A program made the translations under genes and the position numbers. The notes beneath the pieces are model-generated. The model made no database searches. It was not told the origin of the DNA and saw nothing but the letters and a program-made list of their open reading frames with translations. Shown here in pieces: positions 13,801-27,700 of a DNA stretch of 64,000 nucleotides. The stretch's first letter is position 1, and each line of letters begins with the position of its first letter. The stretch comes from the human T2T-CHM13v2.0 reference genome, Homo sapiens. The stretch lies in the NCBI RefSeq assembly GCF_009914755.1, contig NC_060937.1. One strand, written 5' to 3'.

Positions 13801-16800
13801 TTTACAGTATAGAATATATACCTTGGGTACTTTGATATTTTATCTACAGTATATAATATATAGTTTGTGAACTTTGATATTTCATGTACAGTATATCATA
13901 TATATTTGGGGTTCCTTTATATTTTATGTATGGTAAATAATCTATATTTGATGTACTTTCATATTTTACGTACCTAATATAATATATATTTGATGTAATT
14001 CCATATTTTATGTACAGTATGTAATGTATAGTTTGGGTAATTTCATATTTTATGTACACTATAAAATATATATCTGGTGTACTTTGTTATTTTATGTACA
14101 GAATAAAATATATATTTGATGTACTTTCATATTTTATGTACAGTATATAATACATGCTTTGGGTACTTTGATATTTTTTGTACAGTATAGAATATATACC
14201 TTGGGTACTTTGATATTTTATCTACAGTATATAATATATAGTTTGTGAACTTTGATAATTCATGTACAGTATATAATATATATTTGGGTTACTTTGATAT
14301 TTTATGTACAGTATATAATCTATATTGGATGTACTTTCATATTTTATGTTCCTAATATAATATATATTTGATGTAATTTCATATTTTATGTACAGTATAT
14401 AATGTATAGTTTGGGAACTTTGATATTTTATGTACACTATAAAATATATATCTGGTGTACTTTGATATTTTATGTACAGGATAAAATATATATTTGATGT
14501 ACTCTCATATTTTATGTACAGTATATAATACATGCTTTGGGTACTTTGATATTTTTTGTACAGTATAGAATATATACCTTGGGTAACTTGATATTTTATG
14601 TACAGTATATAATATATAGTTTGTGAACTTTGATATTTCATGTACAGTATATAATATATATTTGGGGTTCTTTGATATTTTTTGTACAGTTAATAATCTA
14701 TATTTGATGTACTTTCATATTTTATGTACCCAATATAATATATGTTTGATGTAATTTCATATTTTATGTACAGTATATAATGTATACTTTGCGTACCTTG
14801 ATGTTTTATGTACACTATAAAATATATATCTGGTGTACTTTGATATTTTATGTACAGAATAAAATATATATTTGATGTACTTTCATCTTTTATGTACAGT
14901 ATATAATACTTGCTTTGGGTACTTTGATATTTTTTGTACAGTATATAATATATAGTTTCTGTTTTTTGAAATTTAATGTACAGTATATAATATATATTTT
15001 GTGTACTTTGATATTTTATGTACAGTATATAATCTATCTTTGATGTACTTTCATATTTTATGTACCTAATATAATATATATTTGATGTAATTTCATATTT
15101 TATGTACAGTATATAATGTATAGTTTGGGTACTTTGATATTTTATGTACACTATAGAATATATATCTGGTGTACTTTGATATTTTATGTACAGAATAAAA
15201 TATATATTTGATGTACTTTCATATTTTATGTATAGTATATAATACATGCTTTGGGTACTTTGATATCTTTTGTACAGTATAGAATATATACCTTGGGTAC
15301 TTTGATATTTTATCTACAGTATATAATATATAGTTTGTGTATTTTGATATTTCATGTACAGTATATAATATATAGTTGGGGTTCTTTTATATATTATGTA
15401 CAGTATATAATCTATATTTGATGTACTTTCATATTTTACGTACCTAATGTAATATATATTTGATGTAATTTTATATTTTATGTACAGTATGTAATGTATA
15501 GTTTGGGTACCTTGATATTTTATGTACACTATAAAATATATATCTGGTGTACTTTGATATTTTATGTACAGAATAAAATATATATTTGATGTACTTTCAT
15601 CTTTTATGTACAGTATATAATACTTGCTTTGGGTACTTTGATATTTTATGTACATTATATAATATATATTTTGTAAATTTTGATATTTCATGTACACTGT
15701 ATAATATATATTTGGGCTACTTTGATATTTTATGTACAGTATATCATCTATATTTTATGTACTTTCATATTTTATGTACCTAATATAATATATATTTGAT
15801 GTGCTTTCATATTTTATGTACAGTATATAATACATGCTTTGGGTACTTTGATATTTTTTTTACAGTATAGAATATATACCTTGGGTACTTTGATATTTTA
15901 TCTACAGTATATAATATATAGTTTGTGAACTTTGATATTTCATGTACAGTATATCATATATATTTGGGGTTCCTTTATATTTTATGTATGGTATATAATC
16001 TATATTTGATGTACTTTCATATTTTACGTACCTAATATAATATATGTTTGATGTAATTCCATATTTTATGTACAGTATGTAATGTATAGTTTGGGTAATT
16101 TCATATTTTATGTACACTATAAAATATATATCTGGTGTACTTTGTTATTTTATGTACAGAATAAAATATATATTTGATGTACTTTCATATTTTATGTACA
16201 GTATATAATACATGCTTTTGGTACTTTGATTTTTTTTTACAGTATAGAATATATACCTTTTGTACTTTGATATTTTATCTACAGTATATAATATATAGTT
16301 TGTGAACTTTGATATTTCATGTAGAGTATATCATATATATTTGTGGTTCCTTTATATTTTATGTATGGTATATAATCTATATTTGATGTACTTTCATATT
16401 TTACGTACCTAATATAATATATATTTGATGTAATTCCATATTTTATGTACAGTATGTAATGTATAGTTTGGGTACTTTGATATTTTATGTACACTATAAA
16501 ATATATATCTGGTGTACTTTGTTATTTTATGTACAGAATAAAATATATATTTGATGTACTTTCATATTTTATGTACAGTATATAATACATGCTTTGGGTA
16601 CTTTGATATTTTTTGTACAGTATAGAATATATACCTTGGGTACTTTGATATTTTATCTACAGTATATAATATATAGTTTGTGAACTTTGATATTTCATGT
16701 ACAGTATATCATATATATTTGGGGTTCCTTTATATTTTATGTATGGTATATAATCTATATTAGATGTACTTTCATATTTTACGTACGTAATATAATATAT

Positions 16801-19800
16801 ATTTGATGTAATTCCATATTTTATGTACAGTATATAATGTATAGTTTGGGTACCTTGATATTTTATGTACACGATAAAATATATATCTGGTGTACTTTGA
16901 TATTTTATGTACAGAATAAAATATATATTTGATGTAATTTTATCTTTTATGTACAGTATATAATACTTGCTTTGGGTACTTTGATATTTTATGTACATTA
17001 TATAATATATATTTTGTAAATTTTGATATTTCATGTACACTGTATAATATATATTTGGGCTACTTTGTTATTTTATGTACAGTATATCATCTATATTTTA
17101 TGTACTTTCATATTTTATGTACCTAATATAATATATATTTGATGTAATTTCATATTTTATGTACAGTATATAATATATGCTTTGGGTACTTTGATATTTT
17201 TTTTACAGTATAGAATATATACCTTGGGTACTTTGATATTTTATCTACAGTATATAATATATAGTTTGTGAACTTTGATATTTCATGTACAGTATATCAT
17301 ATATATTTGGGGTTCCTTTATATTTTATGTATGGTATATAATCTATATTTGATGTACTTTCATATTTTACGTACCTAATATAATATATATTTGATGTAAT
17401 TCCGTATTTTATGTACAGTATGTAATGTATAGTGTGGGTACTTTGATATTTTATGTACACTATAAAATATATATCTGGTGTACTTTGTTATTTTATGTAC
17501 AGAATAAAATATATATTTGATGTACTTTCATATTTTATGTACAGTATATAATACATGCTTTGGGTACTTTGATATTTTTTGTACAGTATAGAATATATAC
17601 CTTGGGTACTTTGATATTTTATCTACAGTATATAATATATAGTTTGTGAACTTTGATATTTCATGTACAGTATATCATATATATTTGTGGTTCCTTTATA
17701 TTTTATGTATGGTATATAATCTATATTTGATGTACTTTCATATTTTACGTACGTAATATAATATATATTTGATGTAATTCCATATTTTATGTACAGTATA
17801 TAATGTATAGTTTGGGTACCTTGATATTTTATGTACACTATAAAATATATATCTGGTGTACTTTGATATTTTATGTACAGAATAAAATATATATTTGATG
17901 TAATTTTATCTTTTATGTACAGTATATAATACTTGCTTTGGGTACTTAGATATTTTATGTACAATATATAATATATATTTTGTAAATTTTGATATTTCAT
18001 GTACACTGTATAATATATATTTGGGCTACTTTGATATTTTATGTACAGTATATCATCTATATTTTATGTACTTTCATATTTTATGTACCTAATATAATAT
18101 ATATTTGATGTAATTTCATATTTTATGTACAGTATATAATACATGCTTTGGGTACTTTGATATTTTTTTTACAGTATAGAATATATACCTTGGGTACTTT
18201 GATAGTTTATCTACAGTATATAATATATAGTTTGTGAACTTTGATATTTCATGTAGAGTATATCATATATATTTGGGGTTCCTTTATATTTTATGTATGG
18301 TATATAATCTATATTTGATGTACTTTCATATTTTACGTACCTAATATAATATATATTTGATGTAATTCCATATTTTATGTACAGTATGTAATGTATAGTG
18401 TGGGTACTTTGATATTTTATGTACACTATAAAATATATATCTGGTGTACTTTGTTATTTTATGTACAGAATGAAATATATATTTGATGTACTTTCATATT
18501 TTATGTACAGTATATAATACATGCTTTGGGTACTTTGATATTTTTTTTACAGTATAGAATATATACCTTGGGTACTTTGATATTTTATCTACAGTATATA
18601 ATATATAGTTTGTGAACTTTAATATTTCATGTACAGTATATCATATATATTTGGGGTTCCTTTATATTTTATGTATGGTATATAATCTATATTTGATGTA
18701 CTTTCATATTTTACGTACCTAATATAATATATATTTGATTTAATTCCATATTTTATGTACAGTATGTAATGTATAGTTTGGGTAATTTCATATTTTATGT
18801 ACACTATAAAATATATATCTGGTGTACTTTGTTATTTTATGTACAGAATAAAATATATATTTGATGTACTTTCATATTTTATGTACAGTATATAATACAT
18901 GCTTTGGGTACTTTGATGGTTTTTGTACAGTATAGAATATATACCTTGGGTACTTTGATACTTTATGTACAGTATATAATATATAGTTTGTGTATTTTGA
19001 TATTTCATGTACAGTATATAATATATAGTTGGGGTTCTTTTATATATTATGTACAGTATATAATCTATATTTGATGTACTTTCATATTTTACGTACCTAA
19101 TATAATATATATTTGATGTAATTTCATATTTTATGTACAGTATATAATGTATAGTTTGGGTACCTTGATATTTTATGTACACTATAAAATATATATCTGG
19201 TGTACTTTGATATTTTATGTACAGAATAAAATATATATTTGATGTACTTTCATCTTTTATGTACAGTATATAATACTTGCTTTGGGTACTTTGATAATTT
19301 ATGTACATTATATAATATATATTTTGTAAATTTTGATATTTCATGTACACTGTATAATATATATTTGGGCTACTTTGATATTTTATGTACAGTATATCAT
19401 CTATATTTTATGTACTTTCATATTTTATGTACCTAATATAATATATATTTGATGTGCTTTCATATTTTATGTACAGTATATAATACATGCTTTGGGTACT
19501 TTGATATTTTTTTTACAGTATAGAATATATACCTTGGGTACTTTGATATTTTATCTACAGTATATTATATATAGTTTGTGAACTTTGATATTTCATGTAC
19601 AGTATATCATATATATTTGGGGTTCCTTTATATTTTATGTATGGTATATAATCTATATTTGATGTACTTTCATATTTTACGTACCTAATATAATATGTAT
19701 TTGAGGTAATTCCATATTTTATGTACAGTATATAATGTATAGTTTGGGTACCTTGATATTTTATGTACACTATAAAATATATATCTGGTGTACTTTGATA

Positions 19801-22800
19801 TTTTATGTACAGAATAAAATATATATTTGATGTACTTTCATCCTTTATGTACAGTATATAATACTTGCTTTGGGTACTTTGATATTTTATGTATATTATA
19901 TAATATATATTTTGTAAATTTTGATATTTCATGTACACTGTATAATATATATTTGGGCTACTTTGCTATTTTATGTATAGTATATCATCTATATTTTATG
20001 TACTTTCATATTTTATGTACCTAATATAATATATATTTGATGTGCTTTCATATTTTATATACAGTATATTATACATGCTTTGGGTACTTTGATATTTTTT
20101 TTACAGTATAGAATATATACCTTGGGGACTTTGATATTTTATCTACAGTATATAATATATAGTTTGTGAACTTTGATATTTCATGTAGAGTATATCATAT
20201 ATATTTGGGGTTCCATTATATTTTATGTATGGTATATAATCTATATTTGATGTACTTTCATATTTTACGTACCTAATATAATATATATTTGATGTAATTC
20301 CATATTTTATGTACAGTATGTAATGTATAGTTTGGGTACTTTGATATTTTATGTACACTATAAAATATATATCTGGTGTACTTTGTTATTTTATGTACAG
20401 AATAAAATATATATTTGATGTACTTTCATATTTTATGTACAGTATATAATACATGCTTTGGGTACTTTGATATTTTTTTTGCTGTATAGAATATATACCT
20501 TGGGTACTTTGATATTTTATCTACAGTATATAATATATAGTTTGTGAACTTTGATATTTCATGTACAGTATATCATATATATTTGGGGTTCCTTTATATT
20601 TTATGTATGGTATATAATCTATATTTGATGTACTTTCATATTTTACGTGCCTAATATAATATATATTTGATGTACTTTCATATTTTATGTACCGTATATA
20701 ATACATGCTTTGGGTACTTTGATATTTTTTGTACAGTATAGAATATATACCTTGGGTACTTTGATATTTTATGTACAGTATATAATATATAGTTTGTGTA
20801 TTTTGATATTTCATGTACAGTATATAATATATAGTTGGGGTTCTTTTATATATTATGTACATTATATAATCTATATTTGATGTACTTTCATATTTTAGGT
20901 AACTAATATAATATATATTTGATGTACTTTCATATTTTATGTACAGTATATAATGTATAGTTTGGGTACTTTGATATTTTATGTACACTATAAAATATAT
21001 ATCTGGTGTACTTTGATATTTTATGTACAGAATAATATATATATTTGATGTACTTTCATATTTTATGTACAGTATATGATACATGCTTTGGGTACTTTGT
21101 TATTTTTTGTACAGTATAGAATATATACCTTGGGTACTTTGATATTTTATCTACAGTATATAATATATAGTTTGTGAACTTTGATATTTCATGTACAGTA
21201 TATAATATATATTTGGGGTAATTTGATATTTTATGTACAGTTAATAATCTATATTTGATGTACTTTCATATTTTAGGTAACTAATATAATATATATTTGA
21301 TGTAATTTCATATTTTATGTACAGTTTATAATGTATACTTTGGGTATTTTGATATTTTCTGTACACTATAAAATATATATCTGGTGTACTTTGATATTTT
21401 ATGTACAGAATAAAATATATATTTGATGTACTTTCATATTTTATGTACAGTATATAATACATGCTTTGGGTACTTTGATATTTTTTGTACAGTATAGAAT
21501 ATATACCTTGGGTACTTTGATATTTTATGTACATTATATAATATATAGTTTGTGAAATTTGATATTTCATGTACAGTATATAATATATATTTGGGGTTGT
21601 TTGATATTTTATGTACAGTTAATAATCTATGTTTGATGTACTTTCATATTTTATGTTCCTAATATAATATATATTTGATGTAATTTCATATTTTATGTAC
21701 AGTATGTAATGTATAGTTTGGGTACTTTGATATTTTATGTACACTATAAAATATATATCTGGTGTATTTTGTTATTTTATGTACAGAATAAAATATATAT
21801 TTGATGTACTTTCATATTTTATGTACAGTATATAATACATGCTTTGGGTACTTTGATATTTTTTGTACAGTATAGAATATATACCTTGGGTACTTTGATA
21901 GTTTATGTACAGTATATAATATATAGTTTGTGTATTTTGATATTTCATGTACAGTATATAATATATATTTGGGGTTCTTTTATATTTTATGTACAGTATA
22001 TAATCTATATTTTATGTACTTTCATATTTTATGTACAGTATATAATGTATAGTTTGGGTACCTTGATATTTTATGTACACTATAAAATATATATCTGGTG
22101 TACTTTGATATTTTATGTACAGAATAAAATATATATTTGATGTAATTTCATCTTTTATGTACAGTATATAATACTTGCTTTAGGTACTTTGATATTTTAT
22201 GTACATTATATAATATATATTTTGTAAATTTTGATATTTCATGTACACTGTATAATATATATTTGGGCTACTTTGATATTTTATGTACAGTATATCATCT
22301 ATATTTGATGTACTTTCATATTTTAGGTACCTAAGATAATATATATTTGATGTAATTTCAAATTTTATGTACAGTATGTAATGTATAGTTTGTGTACCTT
22401 GATGTTTTATGTACACTATAAAATATATATCTGGTGAACTTTGATAATTTATGTACAGAATAAAATATATATTTGATGTACTTTCATCTTTTATGTACAG
22501 TATATAATACTTGCTTTGGGTAATTTGATATTTTTTGTACAGTATATAATATATAGTTTGTGTATTTTGATATTTCATGCACAGTATATAATATATATTT
22601 GGGGTACTTTTATATTTTATGTACAGTATATAATCTATATTTTATGTACTTTCATATTTTATGTACCTAATATAAAATATATTTGATGTAATTTCATATT
22701 TTATGTACAGTATATAATGTATAGTTTGGGTACTTTGATATTTTATGTACACTATAAAATATATGTCTGGTGTACTTTGATATTTTATGTACAGGATAAA

Positions 22801-24720
22801 ATATATATTTGACGTACTCTCATATTTTATGTACAGTGTATAATACATGCTTTGGGTACTTTGATATTTTTTGTACAGTATAGAATATATACCTTGGGTA
22901 ACTTGATATTTTATGTACAGTATATAATATATAGTTTGTGAACTTTGATATTTCATGTACAGTATATAATATATATTTGGGGTTCTTTGATATTTTTTGT
23001 ACAGTTAATAATCTATATTTGATGTACTTTCATATTTTATGTACCCAATATAATATATATTTGATGTAATTTCATATTTTATGTACAGTATATAATGTAT
23101 AGTTTGTGTACCTTGATGTTTTATGTACACTATAAAATATATATCTGGTGTACTTTGATATTTTATGTACAGAATAAAATATATATTTGATGTACTTTCA
23201 TATTTTATGTACAGTATATAATACATGCTTTCGGTACTTTGATATTTTTTGTACAGTATAGAATATATACCTTGGGTACTTTGATATTTTATCTACAGTA
23301 TATAATATATAGTTTGTGAACTTTGATATTTAATGTACAGTATATAATATATATTTGGGTAACTTGATATTTTCTGTACATTATATAATCTATATTTGAT
23401 GTACTTTCATATTTTAGGTACCTAAGATAATATATATTTGATGTAATTTCATATTTTATGTACAGTATATAATGTATAGTTTGTGTACCTTGATGTTTTA
23501 TGTACACTATAAAATATATATCTGGTGTACTTTGATATTTTATATACAGGATAAAATATATATTTGATGTACTTTCATCTTTTATGTACAGTATATAATA
23601 CTTGCTTTGGGTAATTTGATATTTTTTGTACAGTATATAATATATAGTTTGTGTATTTTGATATTTCATGCACAGTATATAATATACATTTGGGGTACTT
23701 TTATATTTTACGTACAGTATATAATCTATATTTTATGTACTTTCATATTTTATGTACCTAATATAATATGTATTTGATGTAATTTCATATTTTATGTACA
23801 GTATATAATGTATATTTTGTGTACTTTGATATTTTATGTACACTATAAAATATATGTCTGGTGTACTTTGATATTTTATGTACAGAATAAAATATATATT
23901 TGATGTACTTTCATCTTTTATGTACAGTATATAATACTTGCTTTGGGTACTTTGATATTTTATGCACATTATATAATATATATTTTGTAAATTTTGATAT
24001 TTCATGTACACTGTATAATATATATTTGTGCTACTTTGATATTTTATGTACAGTATATCATCTATATTTTATGTACTTTCATATTTTATGTACCTAATAT
24101 AATATATATTTTATGTAATTTCATATTTTATGTACAGTATATAATGTACAGTTTGGGTACTTTGATATTTTATGTACACTATAAAATATATATCTGGTGT
24201 ACTTTGATATTTTATGTACAGGATAAAATATATATTTGATGTACTCTCAAATTTTATGTACAGTATATAATACATACTTTGGGTACTTTGATATTTTTTG
24301 TACAGTATAGAATATATACCTTGGGTAACTTGATATTTTATGTACAGTATATAATATATAGTTTGTGAACTTTGATATTTCATGTACAGTGTATAATATA
24401 TATTTGGGGTTCTTTGATATTTTTTGTAGAGTTAATAATCTATATTTGATGTACTTTCATATTTTATGTACCCAATATAATATATATTTGATGTAATTTC
24501 ATATTTTATGTACAGTATATAATGTATAGTTTGTGTACCTTGATGTTTTATATACACTATAAAATATATATCTGGTGTACTTTGATATTTTATGTACAGA
24601 ATAAAATATATATTTGATGTACTTTCATCTTTTATGTACAGTATATAATACTTGCTTTGGGTACTTTGATATTTTTTGTACAGTATGTAATATATAGTTT
24701 CTGTTTTTTGATATTTCATG
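4850..24720 (-). repeat. Derived sub-array with private monomers; 588-bp (14-mer) and 966-bp (23-mer) HORs (boundaries approximate)
   Basis: Equivalent positions at 7313, 7901, 8489, 9077, 9665, 10253, 10841 (588-bp spacing) and 16279, 17245, 18211 (966-bp spacing). Private variants on +: TTTTGTAAATTTTG, GGGCTACT, GGGGTTCCTTTA, GTAATTCCAT, TTACGTACC. Confidence 0.85.
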
Positions 24721-27700
24721 TACAGTATATAATATATATTTGGGGTACTTTGATATTTTATGTGCAGTATATAATCTATCTTTGATGTACTTTCATATTT
24801 TATGTACCTAATATAATATATATTTGATGTAATTTCATATTTTATGTACAGTGTATAATGTATAGTTTGGGTAATTTGATATTTTATGTACACTATAGAA
24901 TATATTTTTGGTGTACTTTGATATTTTTTGTACAGAATAAAATATATATTTGATGTACTTTCATATTTTAGGTACAGCATATAATACATGCTTTGGGTAC
25001 TTTGATATTTTTTGTACAGTATAGAATATATACCTTGGGTACATTGATATTTTATGTACAGAATATAATGTATAGTTTGAGAATCTTGATATTTCATGTA
25101 CAGTATAAAATATATATTTGGGGTACTTTGGTATTTTATGTACAGTATACAATCTATATTTGATGTACTTTCATATATTACCTACCTAATATAATATATT
25201 TTTGATGTAATTTCATCTTTTATGTAAAGGATGTAATGTATAGTTTGGGTACTTTTATATTTTATGTACAGTATAGAATATGTATTGCGTGTACTTTGAT
25301 ATTTTATGTACAGAATAAAATATATATTTGATGTACTTTCATATTTTATGTACAGTATATAATTCATGCTTTGGGTACTTTGATATTTTCTGTACAGTAT
25401 AGAATATATACCTTGGGTACTTTGATATTTTATGTACAGTATATAATATATAGTTTGTGAACTTTGATATTTCATGTACAGTATAAAATATATATTTGGG
25501 GTACTTTGGTATTTTATGTACAGTATATAATCTATATTTGATGTACTTTCATATTTTACGTACCTAATATAATATATATTTGATGTAATTTCATATGTTA
25601 TGTACAGTATATAATGTATAGTTTGGGTAATTTGATATTTTATGTGCAGTATAGAATATAAATTTGGTGTACTTTGATATTTTATGTACAGAATAAAATA
25701 TATATTTGATGTACTTTCATATTTTATGTACAGTATAAAATACATGCTTTGGGTACTTTGATATTTTTTGTACAGTATAGAATATATACCTTGGGTACAT
25801 TGATATTTTATGTACAGTATATAATATATAGTTTGTGAACTTTGATATTTCATGTACAGTACATAATATATATTTGGGTATTTTGATATTTTATGTACAG
25901 TATATAATCTATATTTGATGTACTTTCATATTTTATGTACCTAATATAATATATATTTGATGTAATTTCATATTTTATGTACAGTATATAATGTATAGTT
26001 TGGGTACTTTGATATTTTATGTACACTATAGAATATATATCTGGTGTACTTTGAAATTTTATGTACAGAATAAAATATATATTTGATGTACTTTCATATT
26101 TTATGTACAGTACATAATACATGCTTTGGGTACTTTGATATTTTTTGTACAGTATAGAATATATACCTTGGGTACTTTGATATTTTATGTACATTATATA
26201 ATATATGGTTTGTGAACTTTGATATTTCATGTAGAGTATAAAATATATATTTGGGGTCCATCGATATTTTATGTACAGTATATAATCTATATTTGATGTA
26301 CTTTCATATTTTATGTACCTAATATATATTTGATGTAATTTCATATTTTATGTACAGTATATAATGTATAGTTTGGGTACTTTGACATTTTATGTACACT
26401 ATAGAATATATATCTGGTGTACTTTGATATTTTATGTACAGAATAAAATATATATTTGATGTACTTTCATATTTTATGTACAGTATAAAATACATGCTTT
26501 CGGTACTTTGATATTTTTTTACAGTATAGAATATATACCTTGGGTACTTTGATATTTTATGTACAGTATATAATGTATGGTTTGTGAACTTTGATATTTC
26601 ATGTAGAGTATAAAATATATATTTGGGGTACATTGATATTATATGTACAGTATATAATCTATATTTGATGTACTTTCTTATTTTATGTACCTAATATATA
26701 TTTGATATAATTTCATATTTTATGTACAGTATATAATGTATAGTTTGGGTACTTTGATATTTTATGTACACTATAGAATATATATCTGGTGTACTTTGAT
26801 ATTTTATGTACAGAATAAAATATATATTTGATGTAATTTCATATTTCATGTACAGTATATAATACATGCTTTGGGTACTTTGATATTTTTTGTACAGAAT
26901 AGAATATATACCTTGGGTACTTTGATATTTTATGTACAGTATATAATATATAGTTTGTGAACTTTGAAATTTCATGTACTGTATAAAATATATATTTGGG
27001 GTGCTTTGGTATTTAATGTACAGTATATAATCTATATTTGATGTACTTTCATATTTTATGTACCTAATATAATATATATTTGATGTAATTTCGTATTTTA
27101 TGTACAGTATATAATGTATAGTTTGGGTACTTTGATATTTTATGTACACTATAGAATATATATCTGGTGTACTTTGATATTTTCTATACAGAATAAAATA
27201 TATATTTGATGTACTTTCATATTTTATGTACAGTATATAATACATGCTTTGGGTACTTTGATATTTTTTGTACAGTATAGAATATATACCTTGGGTACTT
27301 TGATATTTTATTTACAGTATACAATATATGGTTTCTGAACTTTGATATTTCATGTAGAGCATAAAATATATATTTGGGGTACATTGATATTTTATGTACA
27401 GTATATAATCTATATTTGATGTACTTTCATATTTTATGTACCTAAGATATATTTGATGTAATTTCATAGTTTATGTACAGTATATAATTTATAGTTTGTG
27501 TACTTTGTTATTTTATGTACACTATAGAATATATATCTGGTGTACTTTGATATTTTATGTACAGAATAAAATATATATTTGATATACTTTCATATTTTAT
27601 GTACAGTATATAATACATGCTTTGGGTACTTTGATATTTTTTGTACAGTATAGAATATATACCTTGGGTACTTTGATATTTTATGTACAGTATATAATAT

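Noticed and set aside
5550-20024. Family of 65-aa Cys-rich ORFs on + (MMYFHILCTV...)
   Set aside because: These are alternative-frame read-outs of the 588-bp unit that start at non-ATG codons. They are useful only as periodicity markers.
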